A DNA stretch of 64,000 nt, taken from Lingula anatina. Taxonomy: Eukaryota; Animalia; Brachiopoda. Shown here one piece after another: positions 50,298 to 61,748 of the stretch. The notes beneath the pieces were generated by a model. It was not told the DNA's origin, searched no databases, and saw nothing but the letters and a program-made list of their open reading frames with translations. A program made the translations under genes and the position numbers. Where the stretch lies: assembly GCA_051362555.1 (NCBI GenBank), contig CM120640.1, positions 1,240,001-1,304,000 of the forward strand. The letters are read 5' to 3'. The first letter of the stretch is position 1; every line of letters begins with the position of its first letter.

Positions 50298-52736
50298 CTA
50301 CACACACATACACAGTATGTGGACACGTTTCAAGCTTTAAGATGATTATTTATTCTAAATAAAGGTAATTTATTTTCATGTATCATCGACTTGTTTTCTT
50401 TCTTGATGGGAAAATCTATAGTTTCACTCGTATCAGAATTTTTTTCGCACTTGTTGTTCTATGAATTGCTCTTTAACTTCTTAATTTTCTAGGTAAGGGT
50501 GATCATAAAGGGTTACAATACCCTTAAGATCAAGCCAGCAAATAAATGCTGAGCAATTTAAGGAAATTCATCATTCCAAAATGAAGTGTTGCATAACATG
50601 ATTAAAACCTACAACATACATTACGTACATTACAACGGTTAAAATTGAGGTCTGTTCAGACGAATACCTATTTGGACTGGAAAGCTGGTCATAACTCGCG
50701 TGACTTGATGGCTGAACTAAGGATAATAACCTTCAACCACCGTTTTTTTTTTCGACCGATTCCATGAGTAGGGTGGTCTTCGTCATGAGACCAAGGCTGT
50801 GGAACACTGTTGCTCAACTAACGCATTTCCAAATCCTATTGCACTGGTGAACAGAGAGCTTGTGCTCCGTTGTCACAATCACAATCTCAACAAGGCCGAG
50901 ACAAAATTGAGAGCGAGAGAGAGAGAGAAAGGGGGGTTAGGAGGATTTGATCACAGACGTTTGATAATATATTTAAACTATTGTAGCGAAAGTGCTTAGT
51001 GAATGGATAAATATTCAGATAATACTCGTACATTAGAAGCGAATGAGTCGTAGAACTAAACGGGAACTGAATACTTTCACGCGCATAAAGCTGCCATAAA
51101 AAAAATCTATCAGGAAATATTTGACATGGATAATCCATAGATAATACTGCTGAAGTGGAGTTATCGGTATCAGTGTCTCTGATTAAACATCATACCGAGT
51201 GCCAGGGCTCGTAGTGAAGGTGTTCAGCTGAACCTGGGGCCCGATCACATCATTTAAACGATGTTTTTTTTTCTATTTTATACGGACATTTATATCGGAC
51301 ATTTTCTTTGGTACTGGATGAGGATTGGTTTAAGGTTTCTGATAATTCAATTAGAGGGGGTGCAACTTTGGTGAACGGCATAAAAAAGTAAACAAAAGTA
51401 AAATATAAGAAGAGAAAAGAAATTTTGGCAAAAAATTGGGCTTAAAAAACTATCGCACTTTTTAGTTGGGCGTCTTCTTTATCAGTATTATCCACACTAT
51501 ATATTCCATCTTATCAAAAATCTCATTTCGTCAAGATTTTCACGTCCTCTACTTCTGGCCAGGCCGTCGTTTGTAAATATCGATTGTTTGAACAGTAAAA
51601 TCAATTTAAAGGTATTTATTTTAGATCTAAGCTTTAGCATACAATTTTCTTATGGATCGTTTGTGTAAAGAGGGCCGCGTGGAGCAGTTTATTAGGGTTT
51701 GTTAGTCCCCCTTCGATAAAAACATGTTTTTGAAGTAAAGTATCAATTTGGTCGGCAAGTACCTACAACCTTGTGATTTTCAGAGCCCCAAGATTTCAAA
51801 AGGATTGTAAATTATTGAATTAATTTCAAATTGAACGATATGTTTAAAGTAGATACGGGCGGCAATAAAAGAAGGCATTATCCCGCTTAGCCTCCCATCC
51901 CACGGCCAGTAGACGTTTGTTGGTAGAATTCAAAATCGGACTTGTACCAACGGATTAATATTTGATGTTGATCCGATGAATAATGGATTGTATTTGGCGG
52001 AGATATATCATGCGGTGGTCAACTGTTTGCACAAACGTTCTCTAATTGAAATTTGAAAATAATTCACTGGCGATGACAGCTCGACATACAATTATGTGTA
52101 CATTGCCCTGAGTCTACAAAGATATTACACAAGCAGTTTGTATTCGTGGTACTCTAGAGTTATAATTTATGGGACCACTGTGGAAAAGTAGGTACAAAAC
52201 AAACCCTTTTGATTTTGCTACGGAGGGGACGCCAGTACTGACTTGGCCGGTCGCACACAGTGTGAAAACTCAATATAACAGATAAAGCCTGACGCAATCC
52301 CCTCTAAGCCCATCGCAAAACATGAACAGGGGGAAATTGAATTTTCCGTAGGCAAACTTCATAAGTGATTGCTTCACGACGAATTGCTACAGCGACGTTG
52401 TTTGTGTGACAGAGGGACGTGCCGTCAGGAATAGACACTAAAACACGAGCTCGGGAAACCGGCGTATGTGACTGTGTACATTTTCCCTGCGTCCACACAC
52501 ACGTGAATGTTGCGCCTGGTTTGCTCAATGTTCTGTACCGGGGTTTTTATTGGTTGGTTCAGTATAGCCGGAAACTGCCGATTGAACATGAAAGAAAGCA
52601 CCATTGTCATGGCCAATGACTGGCGTGGTAAGCGACCAGACGAAGACTAACGAGGGACACACAAACTAACCAGGCAACGAGATTACCTGTTAATATGTTC
52701 TTAATGAGATGTTTAACCTCGCCCAGATGAGGTTTT

Positions 52737-52968
52737 ACTACAGCGGCAGCATGTGACATGGGTCCCTGTCAATATCGTCGCTACCGAAAAAAACTTGACT
52801 ACAAACGCTGGTATAAGTATGAAAATGATTTTGTGGTTTCTCGATGACTGATACTACAACGGCAGCATGTGACATAGGTTCTTATCAATATCGTCGCTAC
52901 CGAAAATAACGTGACTACAAAAGATGGATCAAATACATGTATGAGAATGATATCTTGGTTTCTCAATG
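52737..52968. repeat. Diverged ~116-bp tandem duplication just upstream of paralog 5
   Basis: ACTACA.CGGCAGCATGTGACAT...TCAATATCGTCGCTACCGAAAA...TGACTACAAA starts at 52737 and again at 52853. Confidence 0.85.
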
Positions 52969-53015
52969 AGTGAAAGAGTATTTTCAGTAGACACCCGTGT
53001 GTTTGGAGCTGAAAG

Positions 53016-54377
53016 ATGAGAGCTAGAACAGAAAACGAAATTCGAGCAGAGGTAAGGAACTCGTACGAGACGAAACATCTCCGTGGAAAATTAGACAATT
53101 TGGATCACAAAAAGTTAGAACTCGAGTACAAGCATCTCCGCCAAACTTCTGCCCTGCGTGACTCTTTCCACGAGTCCACTAAAACAACGGGGCTCAGTCC
53201 CCACGCCGTCAGACCCAGGAGACACTCTGCTGCCATGGTGGACTATCAGAGCAATGTGAGGCCGTGGTTATATTTCCAGCAGCTACAGTTACGAGGGGGC
53301 GTGGGGAAACTGGATCGTATTCAGTTTGAAAGACTGGCAGCCGCGGCGGCAGCTAAGAGAGCTGGGAAAAAACAGCAATTATCGCATCAGCAGACAAAAC
53401 CATCCGTGGTGAATAATGCTAATAATTATATATCCCAAAGCGACAAAAAATCATCCCAGGAAAATGTTAGCTCTGAACAGGAAAGCCGCATCAGTAGTTA
53501 TGTTCACAATACCTTGACGGAGTCGCCACAGAAAATGTCATCCCACTTAAAAAAGCCTTTATTCCCGCAAGCAGCAAGACTACAATTTCCGAAATCAGCC
53601 GAACAACGCACGGGTATTATCAGTAATTTCCCTAGAACGACATTTGTTGAAGAACAAATATTCCTTTCCTCTAAGAATGAAAACAAGAAACAATCTCCAG
53701 AAAATAAAGAAAAAGAGGACAAGTCACACTTGCCGGACGAAAGTGTCAAGCAAGCGGTGACTAAACGTTTACCACCACAGACGATAAGAGCAACTTCTTC
53801 AAGAAACGCACAATTTCGTCACCACGGAAGGCGGTCAACATACAGCGGGTTCACTGAAAAAGAAAGAGAAGAATTTAAAAAGAAAGAAATGGAAATTTTG
53901 CGCCCAAAAACGTCTGTTATAAGAAAATTTCAAAGAAGTTTGTCGTCCATCAGCGGCGCAGACGAACCGATTGAAAGGCCTCATACCGTTGCAGCTGACG
54001 AATCAGGGAACGATGATTTTGATGCTCAGTCAACAAAAGCTCCACCAAATAAACCAAAATGGATGCAAAATTACATTAAACCACAAGAAAGGTACAAAGT
54101 CGATAACTTTTTATTACTGCGGCGCGAAAAATTACGAAATGAAACAACTCCGATGGAAACGCCCTTTGGCTGCAGCAACGAAGTTGTCCCCCTGAATACC
54201 GCTTATTCAAAATCTGCGAGGAAACGCGCCATGGAGCAATTAAAGATTGAATGCGAAAAAATTAAAAACGAAGAGAAACTTCCAACAGTTGTGGCAAACG
54301 TGCAAGATAAAGTGAAGGAATTTTTAGAAAAAATTGATGCTTATACACATCACAATGAAGAGGAAGATATTTCATGA
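53016..54377 (+). CDS. Uncharacterised protein, paralog 5 of the cluster (453 aa)
   Basis: Uninterrupted ORF with EVRNSYETKHLRGKLDNL...TTG and AYSKSARKRAMEQL...VQDKVKEFL. AATAAA signals follow at ~54660. Confidence 0.85.
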   Translation: MRARTENEIRAEVRNSYETKHLRGKLDNLDHKKLELEYKHLRQTSALRDSFHESTKTTGLSPHAVRPRRHSAAMVDYQSNVRPWLYFQQLQLRGGVGKLDRIQFERLAAAAAAKRAGKKQQLSHQQTKPSVVNNANNYISQSDKKSSQENVSSEQESRISSYVHNTLTESPQKMSSHLKKPLFPQAARLQFPKSAEQRTGIISNFPRTTFVEEQIFLSSKNENKKQSPENKEKEDKSHLPDESVKQAVTKRLPPQTIRATSSRNAQFRHHGRRSTYSGFTEKEREEFKKKEMEILRPKTSVIRKFQRSLSSISGADEPIERPHTVAADESGNDDFDAQSTKAPPNKPKWMQNYIKPQERYKVDNFLLLRREKLRNETTPMETPFGCSNEVVPLNTAYSKSARKRAMEQLKIECEKIKNEEKLPTVVANVQDKVKEFLEKIDAYTHHNEEEDIS

Positions 54378-55157
54378 GAGGCTAAACTCTCTGAGGCTAT
54401 GAGCAAACATACGAACCGGAAAATAATTTTAAACTTACCAATATTTGTAGCACAGGTGAAAGGTGTCATGACAGATGACATTATAGTGTCAATAAGGTGG
54501 CAGGAATGACGTTAAATCATTAAATGCCACTTTATAAAATGTCATTGACCTGGATACCGGACAACTTTTCTGTACCAATTTCCAGTTTTCCTAACTAAAT
54601 TTGATATAACCAAACTTTATGTGCGGTATTGACTTTCTTTTTTACCTATAAAATTAAATAAATAAATAAATCAAATGACGTTGGCACAACTTAAACTTAA
54701 AAAGCGTTGATATGGAGCGCTAATGTGTTTTTAACTGCCAACAAGGAGCCGTGTATTGTCAATATTAGTTTGAATTATTTGCCCGGAAGAGTATTCAGTA
54801 TTGTGCCTTTAAAATGTTATTACAACATGGTCTGAATACATCGATACGGGGACAGTCTGTTTAAATGAATTTTAAAGTCTCAAACAGCTATAGACCTTTT
54901 CCTCCTTAAGTAATCATCATAATTTATGCATTCAGGGTCGGCCCAGGTTTCTGTAAATAGAAGGGCTTGGGGGGGGGGGGGGCATGGTCCGAGAGAGAGA
55001 GAGAGGGGGGGGGGGAGGGGGGGAAGGCAAATGACAACATTGTATCAAGGAGTTTCAACACGTTGATAACACTAGAGTACTGTTTACTGCAGTCTTTTCT
55101 TCTTCTCTTTTTTACCTATTAGAGTAGACGGAAAATCATGGTCAGCTTTTTTCCAAA

Positions 55158-55306
55158 TCACGGACACATGATATAGAATTACGGACACATGATATAGAAT
55201 TACGGACACATGATATAGAATTACGGACACATGATATAGAATCACGGACACTTGATATAGAATTACGGACACTTGATATAGAATTACGGACACTTGATAT
55301 AGAATT
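55158..55306. repeat. 21-bp minisatellite, 7 copies
   Basis: (ACGGACAC[A/T]TGATATAGAAT[T/C])n. Confidence 0.95.
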
Positions 55307-56320
55307 TCATGATATACCAGATATATGGATATTTTTTTGCCCAACAGATTCTGCATATATATCATGTGTGCTATTCCTAGGTTGAAACGCATCGATAAAT
55401 TATTCGCCAGCAAGAATGATGAATTAATGATAAACTCGTGCTTTTCTAGCAGACGAACTGTGACACCACATTGGGTGCTCACGCAATATGATCAATAGCA
55501 ATTGCATGCCATATTTCCCCCATTGAGGATCGGCAGTCATTTATAGCGTTTTCTATAATGGGTTGTATACGAGATAAATGCCTATTTTATTGTAACTAGT
55601 TACGTTCATTAGATAAAGTGCAAAAACGTCTGATTGCGAAGTCAGAGATACGTAGGCTTATGCATTTTTTTTTATATCTGGAGAAATTATTTTAGTTATA
55701 TAACGGGAAGTTCTTGCCTACTTAAGAGCTATGTTAACCTCTCAGAAGTTGCATTATGTTTTACATGTGTTACATTAGTTCACGGGTAGTTATCTGTGAG
55801 CACTAGAAAATTGTTGAAGAATTCATGAAAATTATTTTGTAAATTGCTTTGCTCTGTGTAAAAAATCCCACAATTTGACACCTTCAGCCTTTCAATCGTT
55901 AATTAAGATGTGGTTATGACAACAGGAGGTTTAAAATTTATTTTGAAAATACAACTCATTTTTCAAATGTATTATTTGCGTTAATTTTCAAAAGAAAAAA
56001 ATGAATAGGCCCTATCAATTCAGCGAGTGTAAAGAAGAATGCATTTTTTAGAAGAAATGAAATTTATTAACAAATATGCAACGGCAAGTGAGGCTGAAAT
56101 ATCTTTCAAGGGCGATTTTTTTATTTTCTTTTTCTTTTAGAGAAAATACCCCCCCCCCCCCCTCACTAGGTTTTCATCAGACTTAAAATATGATCGAACC
56201 CAATGCACAGAATTGATAAAATTACAGCGGTGAGTATGGATTGTGATCGACTGCGAACTGTCTTTGCTCAACAAACACAATCAGTCGCTCTTCTGAGAGT
56301 GAAGGAAATTAGACTCAAGC

Positions 56321-57494
56321 ATGGCCGGCCGAGAGCGGGACTCGTATATATTTGAAGATAAAATTTTGAAGATTGAGGCGGAAGAAGCCGTAAAAGAGGT
56401 CAGATATGCCGTGAAATATGTGGCAATATCAACACAACTGCCATGTAACGACTATACCGTCTACATGAATGTGGAAACGAAGGAAGGGAACAAATTGTGT
56501 GTGGAGCTGAGTGTTCAAGGGTTCCGTGTAAGTATTCGCTTTCATTAGTGTTACACGTTCTACTTGTTATAAATGATTGTGACATTAATTTCATCTTAAG
56601 TCACAAACGAAAACAGAAATTTAAGCTAAGAGTTGCAGAGATACACAACAAATGCATCTGTGGTGGTTTTACATTAATATTAGGAAAAAAAATAAATATT
56701 GACATCTGTTTCGCGTTTGAAACATGTTGCAGAGTCTCGTTAACGTTAATGGGAATTCTTCATTTGCTACATGGCATGTTAACATTTTGTGGTGAAACAA
56801 GGCTCACCAAAACATTAACATCGACTTTCTCTATGTTTGTTGTTAGAGCTTTTTGATGATAAAAATGATGTTTATAGGTTATTTGTGCATGGATATTATA
56901 TTAATCACCCCTTTGGTGTTTTATTGATTATTGACATGCATGATTGCATCTCAGAGTGTGTCAGACAGTGTAATATGATGAGTCCTCTAGTTTTAGACCT
57001 TTTTTTCCTTCACATTGATAACCTTTTGTCTATATTAACCTTTTCTCTCTGTTGGTTAGTGGTACACTGTATTAACAGTCCCTTTAAATACCATGTGAAG
57101 CATTAGGCCTGGGTTAATTTGATTTTCATCCATCATTCCTCTTCCTCCAGACACAAACAGGAAATGTGGGTTGTGTCTAGTGGCTAGATCAAATGTATTT
57201 TTGGTACAAACATTGGTTGTATATGGTTCTACACAGACATTTACCATGCCTTCACTTACACTAAGTCACTGTAAAGGCATGTCCAGGCCAGGTTATATGG
57301 TAATGTGTGTCCAGACTTACGATGTCTTTCTAGAAAAAATATTGTAGTGAAATAGTCTGAATGATGTCAATGGTTAGTCTGACCAATGCCTTAATTATGG
57401 TGCTTAATTTTCTTTGTCTTATTAGTTTGACTTATCTCTGTTGTATCTATGGTCCTCTGGTCTCTGGCTTCGAACTGGTGTGATTGTGCCTCAT

Positions 57495-57547
<53 letters not shown>

Positions 57548-58538
57548 GCCAGATTGGGGATTCATAAGCTCTGTAGCAGTCTGTTATCAATATTAATATA
57601 AGTGGAAATGGAAATGTGAGGATTTCCTTACTGAGCAGTTTTGGTAGTGAGAGTAAAAGGTGAGTGTGTGCTGGAAAACAGGAGCTTTGGCATCTCTGGT
57701 CTTTATCAATAAGGCATATATGATGTGAGATGTTTTAAAATATTTATTTAAAATTTTGAAAGCATGGAATGTGTATTAGCTATAGTAGACATATAACAAA
57801 TATCATGGTAATTTAAGAAAATTTCTTCTTCATGAAGGTATGTATCCTTTCAAAAATTATTGGAAAAAAATTCATTCTGGACACCTGTTTGTGTTCTTAG
57901 TTTCTAGTTTTTTTTCATACTAGTGAAATTAAACAAATTCTCTCTCCAGAATCTGAGTCACAGTGACTCAAAAACTACAAACTCAGAAATCAAAATTGGT
58001 GATCATACTGATTTTACAAATTCAGTATATTCTTTGAGCAAATTTTAGGTATGGTATTATGATATTCACATATCTTTTTGATTAAACAAAGAGTGGTGGA
58101 AAAAATGCTTTGAAAAGGTCTCATGCCTTTTGTACACATTTAATTATCTTACTTCATTTGATACAATTCTGTATGTAACATTGTATCCTACCTTTGTATT
58201 TCAAGTGGTCATGGAAAAAACAAAACAAAAATATCAATCAGTCCATATTCATCTATATTTATCTCTTAAGAGACATTTTAAGATTTTAATATTTCCACAT
58301 TCCATATTTAAATCTTATAATATATATATTTGTAATACCACTACCCCAGGTGGTTGGGAAGCAGTATGATAAAGTCCAGGAGGAGCACAGTTCTAGGTTC
58401 TTCGAGACCATCTACTCCTTGATGGACGCCTACAGTCCCGAGTATCGGAACTCGTTTGGTGACGCCTTGTTGTCAAAGCTGAACGTCCTCCACAGCCAGC
58501 AGCAGGCAGGAACAGACCAGGAGAGTGCCGAGAGCTGA
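56321..58538 (+). CDS. GSKIP: GSK3-beta interaction protein (DUF727), 131 aa
   Basis: Exons 56321-56527 and 58350-58538 join in phase 0 with GT/AG. Motifs EAEEAVKEVRYAV, YMNVETKEGNKLCVELSVQGFRVVG and FETIYSLMDAYSPEYRNSFGDALLSKL match GSKIP. Confidence 0.95.
57498..57545. repeat. Poly(A) run in the GSKIP intron
   Basis: About 48 consecutive A. Confidence 0.9.
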
Positions 58539-60399
58539 CAGGAGACATAGGAGTTATAAGGTTTGTTTTTCTTCTTTGATTTCATCTTCATTTAAATAAT
58601 GTGTATATAGTTTGATACAGAGTGAGCTTATAAATAATTTTCATTTAATTATTGTTATTTATTTATTTATTTTGGATCAATTATATTACAGGCACGAGCT
58701 TTTTTTATGATTTTGCCAAAATTCATATTTTTTCTCCCATGGGCTTTTACCATAAATTGGTGTAGTTAATTAATTATGTATATTTTCAGAGACATTTTGC
58801 CGTACATTATTTATTCACAACAAATATCATGCAAGTATGGAAAACTTGAGAAAAATGAGAGGGCCCTGACCTTAACCTTATGGGGGAATTCTTTCGGAGC
58901 TTGTCTTGACATGACATTTCATGTCACATATTTTCTTGACCATAATGTACTCAGTAGTGACCTGCTGATAAGATAATTTGTTTATGTTGAAGACATTAAT
59001 CAAGTAAATACCCTCCTTTGAGAGCTCATAACAGTAAGAAGGTAGAAAAATATATTACAAAGGCAAAAATAAAAATGTAGTTTTTGCTTGTGAGAAAAAA
59101 AAAACATTTTATGCTATTTGCACACAGCTATTAACTTACATGGGAGTTGTTGGAAAAAGAAAAAAAATTTTTTTTGGCCTGGACAAGATGACTCACACGT
59201 CTGAAGATTCAAGGAAATGTGAACAGGAGCTCTCAGTGGAATGAGTCACCAATAATAAGACGCTTGCAGACTGTATAGATCTATTCAAGTGGATAGAAAT
59301 TGTAAAATGATGCTTCATTCATTGTAGAAGAGAAGAATACAGATTGTTTAGTATATTCTCTGAAGGGAATAGACCCTGGTGATCTTTCTCATGCAATCAC
59401 ACTGTGGTACTTACTAATCACAATGCTAGATAGCTTCCCTAGTGGATTCTTGCTGGGGTGAAATAGATTTTTAAAAATTAATACACGAATAGATTTATAG
59501 ATGAACAATCTTAAGGACGAGAGAGAGAGGGAGAGAGAGAGAGAGAGAGCTCCTAATGATAAAAAAGTTTTTCTTTGGGGGGGAAATGTGAAAGAAAAGA
59601 AAATAATTAACCAAGAAAAACAAAAAGAAGGAATATAGAAGGAATATACCTTAGTGTATTTTTAGAACTGCCATTTTAATTAAAAAACAAAAGACAGTCT
59701 CAAAACATCTTTGGGATGGGTAAGAGTCAGAGAAGATCAATATGAACATATGTTTGCAGTAATTGGCTTTGATCTGTACTTAGATTAGGATATGTATGTA
59801 TGATATATCTGACAATTGACATGGTAGCTAGCTGACTGTGAAGATTACATTGTACATACTGATGCTATCTGCACTGTGTTCCGTGGCTGAGGTCAGGCAA
59901 AGGTGGTAGTTGCGCGCATAGTCACTGTTTTAACAGGTCTGTTCCTTGCTTCTTGTCCTTTTTCTTTTCCTTTTCCTGGCAGACTTTAGTGAAGTGGTTG
60001 CTAGCTATTTACAAACACGTAACCCTGCTCCTTTACCTTACAGTCCACTTTTAGTACATATCTTATACATATCTGTTTTCTTGGCCTTTGCTTCTTTTAC
60101 AGCATGTTTCTTACATTTTTTCCTTACAATTCCTGATAACTTTTACATATTTTATTCAATTCCCTTTTTGATGCTGGGACACGCTGGGTACTCTTAACAG
60201 TCCTCCATTTTAAGAGGATTTTAAGAGGAAATGATTCCAAATGTTATTTTGGTTTTCATACACATTCAAATCTTTATGGAGACATAATATGTTATGTGCA
60301 GATGTTGTGCTGACTAAATGTTTTACACTTCTGAAATTAAACTATTGTTTCTCAACAAGTCCATTCAGGGATGCAGATTTCTAAGAACCCTAGATAATA

Positions 60400-60660
60400 A
60401 GGCTTCGTTCACATGCAATGTCTATTTTCTATTTTCTATTTTCTATTTTCGGTATGTCTTATGATCACGGTCTGTGCACTGAATATCCCGCGGCGTAATT
60501 ACTAGCAGCGCGAGCCAGTTACTATAAGTTACTATAAGTAACTGGCTTGCGCTGCCAGTAATTACGCGGCGGGATATTCAGTGCACAGACCGTGATCATA
60601 AGACATACCGAAAATAGAAAATAGAAAATAGAAAATAGACATTGCATGTGAACGAAGCCT
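60400..60660. mobile_element. Foldback (near-perfect palindromic) MITE, 261 bp, PIF/Harbinger-like termini
   Basis: AGGCTTCGTTCACATGCAATGTCTATTTT... and ...AAAATAGACATTGCATGTGAACGAAGCCT form ~120-bp arms with few mismatches. The element is flanked by TA (TAA/TTA context) and has internal (CTATTTT)n. Confidence 0.92.
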
Positions 60661-61748
60661 TATTCTGTTATTTTTTACTTGCCAATTTAGAATTCATTTA
60701 TGCCATATGTTATAGCCTGAGAAAGCCGTCCTGGTGTCATTATTGATTAAACCTTATGCTTGCATTTACTGGTACATTTCCTGTCTGTATCACTTTTTCT
60801 TGTCATTTCTTACACGTTTGTTTTATCAGTTGAAATAAGTGAAGATTTTTGCATTGCCTAATTCATTTAGGTCTTTGTGTCTTAGCTGTAGTGAGTCGGT
60901 GTGCTAGAAAGAAAAAGTCATCTCTAGGTCTGTGTGTTAAAAAGAAAAAAAAGTCATCTCTGAGTTAATCAGACATGAGCTTTTTCCACAGAAAAGCGGA
61001 ATTCCTTGTTTTTTTTATGCAATTTTGATGTTCCTGAAGTTCGTCAAGGTAAGGTGATGGGTCCCGTGATAAATGTTCAGAGGGGTTTTTTTAACCTAGG
61101 TTCATGTCTGGTTAATGTGCTTGAAAGTAAAAGTAATTTTTCATTTTAAAATGTTCATCTAGGACTACCAAAGTTGCACTAACACCCTGTTCTTCTCTAT
61201 AAAAATGTCTGTGGTATAGACTGGGCCAGTGTCTGTTGTTCCAGAATGAATGCAAATGAGGGCAATGTGGTTTTGTAGATGTGATTGATTTTCCTATTTA
61301 AGAGTCTAACTCTTGAATGTCGTTTCACATGTTTTGGCTTGCTGCCAGGTTGTTTTCAGGTTATAAAGCACTGATGAATACTGTCCCTCCCCCCCCCCCC
61401 CCCCCCCCAAAAAAAAAAGCTCTTTTCATTATGAGGCATGGGTAGCCAGACAAACAAAATTTTATTTGTTAAAAGAAGTAACATTATTTCAGCTGTCCAG
61501 CAATAAATTCTTCTTTTTAGTATTTTATAAGAATCAACCCTTTTAGTTTATTTTATTATAAATTTACTGTTGCCTAGTGGGTTTTCAAAGGCGAGGATGC
61601 AGCAGAAATTGAATTATGAAAACATTATCATTTAGATTATTTCACTAATCTTGGTATTCAAGGTGGACATGGGGATATATTTTTTTCTTTTGAGGAAATT
61701 AAAATAGTCACAAAGGTCTGTTCGCCAAAACCAAAAGCCCACGCTGAG

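Noticed and set aside
35453-54195. Numerous short antisense and alternate-frame ORFs overlapping the five cluster genes
   Set aside because: They are shadow ORFs of GC-richer coding sequence with no independent support.
55084-55482. 132-aa ORF with (VSVILYQ/H) repeats
   Set aside because: It is an in-frame reading of a 21-bp minisatellite, with a non-ATG start and no coding evidence.
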